Part shown: one piece after another, positions 57,522 through 64,000 of the stretch | How the letters are laid out: each line of letters starts with the position of its first letter | Position numbering within the stretch: position 1 is the stretch's first letter | Assembly: GCA_964399295.1 (NCBI GenBank) | Contig: CAYNQD010000002.1 | Coordinates: 104,358 to 168,357 of the forward strand | Length of the DNA: 64,000 nucleotides | Source of the DNA: an uncultured Candidatus Saccharibacteria bacterium | GTDB lineage: Bacteria; Patescibacteriota; Minisyncoccia; Phycocordibacterales; UBA918 | Reading direction: 5' to 3' | Translations under genes and position numbers: made by a program | The notes under the pieces: generated by a model | Told to the model about the DNA's origin: nothing | Database searches by the model: none | What the model saw: only the letters and a program-made list of their open reading frames with translations

Positions 57522-57592
57522 TCGGGATAGCCGGAATCGAACCGGCGCCACACCCACCCCATGGGCGCACACTACCACTATGCTATACCCCG
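57522..57592 (-). tRNA. tRNA-Pro (anticodon GGG)
   Basis: Cloverleaf folded by hand. Acceptor CGGGGTA/TATCCCG. Anticodon stem CGCCC/GGGTG with loop ATGGGGT. T-arm GCCGG-TTCGATT-CCGGC. No CCA is encoded. Confidence 0.7.
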
Positions 57593-57882
57593 AATTGTCG
57601 CCCTCTTACAGTATTGTGTATTGTACTAGAAAATTTAGAAAAGGGGAGAGGTCGGCTACAAACACTTGGCACCCCGCTGATATTTCCAAGTCATATTTGA
57701 CAATTTAGAAAATATGTATTTGAACTACAGCTGGGGATTGCATAAAATTTTAATTGGTCTATACTACAGACAGTTCATTTAGTTCATTCATTTTTTAAAT
57801 TTTTTGGTTTCTGAAACCATAATTTCTTCCGAAAACCTACTTAATATTATTAAGTGGGATTTTTTATTTTTCATACATAATT

Positions 57883-57911
57883 TTGACGCCTTCTCTTTTT
57901 TCTGATAGTAT
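57883..57911 (+). promoter_or_regulatory. sigma70-like promoter for rplJ-rplL (-35 TTGACG, 17-bp spacer, -10 TAGTAT), followed by a leader of about 150 nt (putative L10 autoregulatory leader)
   Basis: Hexamers read directly. Leader length is typical of the rplJ leader. Confidence 0.5.
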
Positions 57912-58066
57912 CCTCGGCAACAGGCTCGTGACAGTCGGTCGCACCACAAGTGCGGTAATTGATACAGTTGGTATCAGCCGGCCGAGGTCCAACTATTTTG
58001 GTTTGGGGTCGAAGCCTATGCGTGATTTAAAATCATGCCTGGCCTGTTTTATTAGATTAGTTATTT

Positions 58067-58561
58067 TTGAGTTTTATGGCCATTTCTAAAGCCAAGAAGC
58101 AAGACATTCTAGCCAAGCTGGAAACCGTGAGGGACAACTCCGAGTCTATTGTCTTTGTTCACTACAAGGGTCTGTCGGTAGCGGATACTACCGCTATGCG
58201 TCGTGGTTTGCGCGAGAAGGGAGTTGGTTATTTTGTCGCCAAAAAGACTTTGATGAAGCGCGCTTTCGGTGATACTTTTACCGGCGAAATGCCCGTGCTT
58301 GACGGCGAGATTGCTGTTGCCTACAGCGAGGACGCGATTGCGCCGGCGCAAAATGTCAAAGAATTTTCAGAAAAATTCAGCAAGAATCTAGCGATTGTGG
58401 GCGGAGTTTTTCAGGGTGTATATAAAAACCAGACAGAAATGACTGAAATTGCTTCCATTCCACCGCTGCAAACTTTGCGGGGTATGTTTGTCAATATCAT
58501 CAATTCACCGATTCAAGGTCTGGTTATCGCTCTTGACGCGATTGCCGCTAAGAAGGCTTAG
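58067..58561 (+). CDS. rplJ: 50S ribosomal protein L10
   Basis: ISKAKKQDILAKLE...ESIVFVHYKGLSVADTTAMRRGLRE. TTG at 58067, alternative ATG at 58076. Confidence 0.9.
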   Translation: MSFMAISKAKKQDILAKLETVRDNSESIVFVHYKGLSVADTTAMRRGLREKGVGYFVAKKTLMKRAFGDTFTGEMPVLDGEIAVAYSEDAIAPAQNVKEFSEKFSKNLAIVGGVFQGVYKNQTEMTEIASIPPLQTLRGMFVNIINSPIQGLVIALDAIAAKKA

Positions 58562-58717
58562 TTTTTAAGTCAATTTAGATTATTAAAATAAACACTAAAA
58601 TATATCAGAAGATAAATGAAGAAAGGAGCGCAAGCGACTATTCTGAATTTAGTTCCGAATTTGCTCATTCCTAGAGCAAATTCCTGGAACACACTGGTAT
58701 AAAATTAAACAATAAAT

Positions 58718-59200
58718 ATGTCAGAAGAAACAAATGTAGTTGAAGAAACTGTAGCTACTACTCCAGAAGTAGCGGAAACAGCCGAAGTGGCGACCGCCAC
58801 CACCACAAATGGCGTTGATGAATCAGTTGAAGTACCGGCTGAATTCAAGGCTTTGGTAGAGCAAGTGGAGAAGATGAGTGTGTTGGAACTACACTCTTTG
58901 GTAAAATTGCTGGAGAAGCGTTTTGGCGTATCAGCGCAGGCGGTAGCGGTAGCTGGCCCAGCGGCTGGCGGCGCGGCAGCTGAAGAGCAGTCAGAATTTA
59001 CCGTTGAACTTACCGAGGCTGGCGCGCAGAAGATTGCCGTGATTAAGGTGGTCAAGGAGGTGCTAAGTCTAGGTCTAAAGGAGGCTAAGGACATGGTAGA
59101 CGGCGCTCCAGCGGTAGTGAAGGAAGGTATGAAGAAAGAAGACGCTGAAGCTCTAAAGGCTAAGCTTGAAGAGGCTGGCGCGAAAGTAACGCTTAAGTAA
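58718..59200 (+). CDS. rplL: 50S ribosomal protein L7/L12
   Basis: N-terminal dimerisation domain, Ala/Glu hinge, and a C-terminal domain ([22 protein letters not shown]...). Confidence 0.95.
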   Translation: MSEETNVVEETVATTPEVAETAEVATATTTNGVDESVEVPAEFKALVEQVEKMSVLELHSLVKLLEKRFGVSAQAVAVAGPAAGGAAAEEQSEFTVELTEAGAQKIAVIKVVKEVLSLGLKEAKDMVDGAPAVVKEGMKKEDAEALKAKLEEAGAKVTLK

Positions 59201-59241
59201 TATAAGAGAAAACGATTCTTATTTCAGAATCTAGAAAAAAC

Positions 59242-59278
59242 AAAAGAGCGGCCCCTTCGGGGCCGCTCTTTTGTTTTT
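59242..59278 (+). terminator. intrinsic terminator after rplL
   Basis: GAGCGGCCCC-TTCG-GGGGCCGCTC followed by TTTTGTTTTTCT. No rpoB follows. Confidence 0.85.
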
Positions 59279-59332
59279 CTTATGAAGTGGGTTTTCCTGT
59301 TGATAAAAGTTTTGTGTTAGTATGTACAAATT

Positions 59333-60535
59333 ATGGATGATACAGCAGTAGACAAAAGTTGGTTTGAGTCTTATTCGCAGTATGGATTTGATGATATTGA
59401 TTACTTAAATTTTGATCAAGCGCATCTAAGTAAACAGAAGGAAAAATTCTTTAAAAATGAATTAGATAACCTCGACCTTGAATACAATATCAATTTGTCT
59501 ATTTTAGAAAAATATAAAACCGGTTTGTTGGGACTTCAGGCTGAAATTGAGTCCAGCCAATCTAGCCAGCCCGTCGTCAAAAAAGCCTATCTTTTAAAAT
59601 TAACTGAACAGCTAAATAAAATAAACTTATTGGAAGCTGTGTCTAAAAAAGACGACAGCTTAGTGCGCTTTTACTCCAGTCAGATTTATGGCGTACCCAA
59701 TAAAGAACTTATGAGGCGGGCAGTTTCGGCCATTCTCTATGTGGCTGAATACAAGCAATTTCCGCTTAGTCCCATTTGGCAAGACTTGGCTGAATATTTT
59801 GGCGCGAAAAGTGACGGCACGGACATCTCTTATTTTGACGGTGCTAATAACCAAGATTTTTTAAATACTCAGCAGTTGGTAGCTTTGTTTGAAAAAGCTT
59901 TAAGTGAAAAGAATATACCGTGGCAGGTTAGTGTTAGTTCCAGTCATTTGGCTGTAGCACTGAGTTATAAAGATTGGACAGTCTACATACCACAAGGCCG
60001 ACAAGTAACGGTCACTGAAGCCAAAGCGCTGATCGAACATGAAATAAACGTACACCTGCAAAGACATATCAACGGATTAAATAGTCGTCTGCTTCTTTTA
60101 TCATCTGGACTGAACGCTTATTTGTCTGGTGAAGAGGGTTTGGCGACGTACAAACAAGTTCTTGTCGATAAAAATAATATTCCGGGTTTAACAAACTATT
60201 TGTCGGTTGGATTGCTGAGTGGTTTGCATAGAGGTCGAGCTTGGAATTTTCAGCAACTATTTGCTTTGATAGAAGAATATCTGCTTCTGTCCGGTTTGGC
60301 GGCGGATAAGGTTTCCGAAACGGCCTGGAAGCGTACTTTGCGGGCTTTTCGGGGTTCGACCGGACAACTATCCGGTAATGTTTATACCAGAGGCATTATT
60401 TATTTTGGGGGCTATTTGAATATAAAAAATTTGGTTGAAAGAGGAGATAGTGAAACAGAGCGTCTTTTTGTAGGGAAATATGACCCTTTAAATTCAGACC
60501 ATATTGATATCTTGAATATTTTGGAAATCAAATAA
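59333..60535 (+). CDS. DUF1704/MATCAP-like putative metallopeptidase (QEGLA-motif family)
   Basis: HEINVH (HExxxH) and SGEEGLATYKQ, which resembles the QEGLA motif. About 400 aa. Confidence 0.4.
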   Translation: MDDTAVDKSWFESYSQYGFDDIDYLNFDQAHLSKQKEKFFKNELDNLDLEYNINLSILEKYKTGLLGLQAEIESSQSSQPVVKKAYLLKLTEQLNKINLLEAVSKKDDSLVRFYSSQIYGVPNKELMRRAVSAILYVAEYKQFPLSPIWQDLAEYFGAKSDGTDISYFDGANNQDFLNTQQLVALFEKALSEKNIPWQVSVSSSHLAVALSYKDWTVYIPQGRQVTVTEAKALIEHEINVHLQRHINGLNSRLLLLSSGLNAYLSGEEGLATYKQVLVDKNNIPGLTNYLSVGLLSGLHRGRAWNFQQLFALIEEYLLLSGLAADKVSETAWKRTLRAFRGSTGQLSGNVYTRGIIYFGGYLNIKNLVERGDSETERLFVGKYDPLNSDHIDILNILEIK

Positions 60536-60595
60536 ACTTAAAGATTTTGCTTCATGTTTCTAGGGCTTTGTCCAGATTTGTCTGAGGCGGGTTTG

Positions 60596-60604
60596 TGCTA
60601 TAAT
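60596..60604 (+). promoter_or_regulatory. extended -10 element TGCTATAAT with an upstream TTGTCT
   Basis: Read directly, 18 nt upstream of ATG 60622. Confidence 0.45.
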
Positions 60605-60621
60605 CTGGCAACTCATACATT

Positions 60622-61257
60622 ATGTCAGACCCACTTTCGATTCTGTTTGGTAGCACGGCGCGCGTTAAACTTTTGCGTTTTTTTCTGTTTAATCCGTCCA
60701 AGGAGTTCACTTTTGATGATATGTGCAAGCGGGCGCGCTTGGTGCGGCGCACGGCCCGGACGGAGATTTCAGCTTTGGAAAGAGCTGGGGTGATTTGTTC
60801 TCGCATCACGCCGATGGTTTTGCCGGGAAAAACCAAAAAAACCAAAGTCTTGAGTTATGGTTTAAATAAAAAATTTCCTGAGCTGCAAGCCCTGCAAACT
60901 TTCCTATTTGAAACGGCGCCGATTGATGGCAAAAATCTGCTGGCGCATTTACGCAAGGCCGGGCCGGTTGATTTTGTGGTGGTGTCTGGGGTGTTTGTGC
61001 GCGAGTTTGAGCAACGCTTGGATTTGTTGCTGGCGATGAAAAAATTATCACAAACCAAGGTGGAAAGCGCTGTGCGTTCTTTTGAAGCGGAGATTGGAAT
61101 TGAAATTCGTTTTGCCACCATGACTTCTGAAGATTTGCTTTATCGGGTCGGCATGTACGACAAGCTCACTCGCGATGTCTTTGACTATAAGCATCAAATA
61201 TTGGTAGACAAAATCGGCGTTCGTGATGAATTGCATACCGGGTCTTATCGAGGCTAG
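60622..61257 (+). CDS. hypothetical protein with an N-terminal winged-HTH
   Basis: 211-aa ORF. N-terminal wHTH-like region (ARVKLLRFFLFNPSKEFTFDDMCKRARLVRRTARTEISALERAGVI). Confidence 0.5.
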   Translation: MSDPLSILFGSTARVKLLRFFLFNPSKEFTFDDMCKRARLVRRTARTEISALERAGVICSRITPMVLPGKTKKTKVLSYGLNKKFPELQALQTFLFETAPIDGKNLLAHLRKAGPVDFVVVSGVFVREFEQRLDLLLAMKKLSQTKVESAVRSFEAEIGIEIRFATMTSEDLLYRVGMYDKLTRDVFDYKHQILVDKIGVRDELHTGSYRG

Positions 61258-61313
61258 AGTGTGTTATCATAAATATTGTATTCATTATACGTTTAATCGT
61301 TTAATAAAAATTT

Positions 61314-61991
61314 ATGAGAGAATATTCAATATTAGATTCACTACAGGTAGCTTTTAATAGTATGTGGGTGCAAGTAGGGAATTTTCTGCCGACTCTGGTC
61401 GTGGCTCTGGTTGTCTTGATCGCGGGGGTAATCATAGCCTCTTCATTGAAAAAGATTGTTCAAGGTCTGGCTGGGAGAGTAGGCTTGAATGAGGCTTTAC
61501 GCAACGCCGGTGCCGAAGAATTGACCAATCGTGCCGGCTTGAAGCTGGATGTCGGTGTCTTCATCGGTACTTTGGTCAAGTGGTTTGTCTTACTAGTCTT
61601 CCTGGTGGTAGTCTTTGATATTTTGCGCTTGTATGAGGTAAATACTTTCTTGCGTGAAATTGTTATCGGCTATTTACCCAATGTAATTGTCGCGGTGGTC
61701 ATTCTTATTGCGGCGGTTGTGATTGCCAGTGCGGTCAGACGCGCAGTGATTGCTTCAGCGGAATTGGCTAAGGTGGCGCGTCCGGCATTTTTCGGTAAGG
61801 TGGCTTACATGGCGATTTTGACGGTAGCGGTATTGGCTGCTCTTAATCAACTCAAAGTGGCTTCTGAGCTTATCCAGCCATTGTTTATGGGTGTTGTTTT
61901 CGCTGTTTCTTTGGCTTTAGGCTTGGCTTTTGGTCTTGGTGGCAAGGACGCGGCGGCTAGATTGATTGATTCTATTGCCAACAAGCGGTAG
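61314..61991 (+). CDS. membrane protein with conserved TM-helix repeats (MscS-associated TM_helix type)
   Basis: Four hydrophobic helices of the LPxLVVALVVLIAGVIIAS type separated by short charged loops. Confidence 0.55.
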   Translation: MREYSILDSLQVAFNSMWVQVGNFLPTLVVALVVLIAGVIIASSLKKIVQGLAGRVGLNEALRNAGAEELTNRAGLKLDVGVFIGTLVKWFVLLVFLVVVFDILRLYEVNTFLREIVIGYLPNVIVAVVILIAAVVIASAVRRAVIASAELAKVARPAFFGKVAYMAILTVAVLAALNQLKVASELIQPLFMGVVFAVSLALGLAFGLGGKDAAARLIDSIANKR

Positions 61992-62050
61992 TTGAATGTT
62001 GATGATTGAGTCGCAAATTGCGTGATTTGCGCGGAAATAAAAACAAAAAT

Positions 62051-62086
62051 AAAGCCGCGGCCCGAAGGGCCGTGGCTTTATTTTTT
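62051..62086 (+). terminator. intrinsic terminator
   Basis: AAAGCCGCGGCCC-GAA-GGGCCGTGGCTTT followed by ATTTTTTGTTT. Confidence 0.8.
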
Positions 62087-62232
62087 GTTTACGCCACATT
62101 TAATAGGCTAATCTTTAATTAAAATAATGATTATCAAAATCCAAAACCCTTGTTAAATAACCCTATAAATCCCTGTGTATAAAAGTGTGCATAAAAGGGA
62201 GATAACTAAAGGTTTTTGACCACAACTTACGC

Positions 62233-62260
62233 TTGACTTTATTTTTCATTCGTATACAAT
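62233..62260 (+). promoter_or_regulatory. sigma70-like promoter upstream of the 23S rRNA (-35 TTGACT, 16-bp spacer, -10 TACAAT)
   Basis: Read directly, about 500 nt upstream of the 23S 5' end. Confidence 0.55.
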
Positions 62261-62330
62261 GGCGCTCACGTATTTATGAGTTTTGGAAAAAAGAAAAGCT
62301 AGCCGCGCGAAATTCGTTTACGATTTTCAG

Positions 62331-62578
62331 CCGCGGTCACGCGGCCTTTTCTTTAAGACTCAGGGAGGATACGCGATCATTGACAGATCCGGCGACGGCC
62401 GCGTGAAAATGAAAAACTTTTCATTTTCACGCGGCCGAACAAAGTCGGAGTTGTATGACACCGGTCATGCAATCGCATATTCTTAAGGAACCGATTTGAT
62501 AAGGTCGGTTCCGAAAAATCCACGCGTGTTCGACGCACGCGTGGTAATGGCGTGAAAATTGCTTCGCAATTTTCACGC
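62331..62578. repeat. cluster of perfect palindromes in the rRNA leader, two of them sharing the half-site GCGTGAAAAT
   Basis: 62397-62436 GGCCGCGTGAAAATGAAAA-AC-TTTTCATTTTCACGCGGCC. 62550-62578 GCGTGAAAATTGC-TTC-GCAATTTTCACGC. 62520-62544 CCACGCGTG-N7-CACGCGTGG. 62487-62512 GGAACCGA-N10-TCGGTTCC. 62331-62347 GCCGCG-GTCA-CGCGGC. Confidence 0.75.
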
Positions 62579-62764
62579 TGTAGGTAAAATCGGTTTGTTG
62601 GGTAAAGACAATTGCCGCAAGGCGGGTCTTTTCGTCCCCAGCAAACCAAAACACAAGTCTAGTTCTGATTACTGTATTTTTCAGAGACTAGACAACACTC
62701 AAAAAATTGTGCAGCGGTGCACGACATTTACGTGAGAGAACAAAGTACACCAGATTTGGTATAT

Positions 62765-64000
<1,236 letters not shown>

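Noticed and set aside
62283-62649. ORFs 62283-62486 (+) and 62377-62649 / 62427-62654 (-), which contain mirror-image peptide segments (RVKMKNFSFSRGR / RVKMKSFSFSRGRR)
   Set aside because: They are translations of the perfect palindromes in the rRNA leader read on both strands. There is no coding signal.

Overview
This 64 kb window looks like a streamlined, moderately AT-rich bacterial chromosome, almost entirely housekeeping and tightly packed. Several layout traits are those reported for candidate-phyla-radiation / Parcubacteria-like genomes. rplK (L11) is not followed by rplA (L1), and rplJ-rplL lie about 40 kb away with no rpoB after them. rpsF-ssb-rpsR has no rplI after it. A 23S rRNA 5' end is preceded by a promoter and hairpin-rich leader rather than a 16S/ITS. 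Many genes lack a Shine-Dalgarno sequence.

The content I can support:
- a DtxR-regulated metal ABC importer
- mscL
- a class I ribonucleotide reductase whose ATP-cone is fused to the beta subunit
- secE-nusG, a Fic gene and rplK
- a complete dTMP-synthesis neighbourhood (dcd, a long tandem-duplicated ThyX-like gene, tmk, dut, glyA)
- four aminoacyl-tRNA synthetases (argS, ileS, glyQS, metG)
- recA and ftsK
- rpsF-ssb-rpsR, efp, rplJ-rplL
- tRNA-His and tRNA-Pro
- a partial 23S rRNA
- a surface-layer-like secreted protein
- many intrinsic terminators and sigma70-like promoters

No CRISPR array, transposase or integrase is visible.

The candidates for something undescribed, in order of interest:
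1. ileS carries an in-frame histidine-phosphatase (PGAM-family, RHG...SHG) domain where the Zn-knuckle normally sits.
2. A SplB-like radical-SAM protein is fused to tandem MazG-like NTP pyrophosphatase domains, followed by a Nudix hydrolase and a convergent ndk.
3. A CofE-like gamma-glutamyl ligase sits next to a RimK/CofF-like ATP-grasp ligase, in an organism with no F420 pathway in view.
4. A second ATP-grasp-like enzyme sits next to an isoaspartyl peptidase.

All functional calls are from motif-level reading of the supplied translations. No database search was run.
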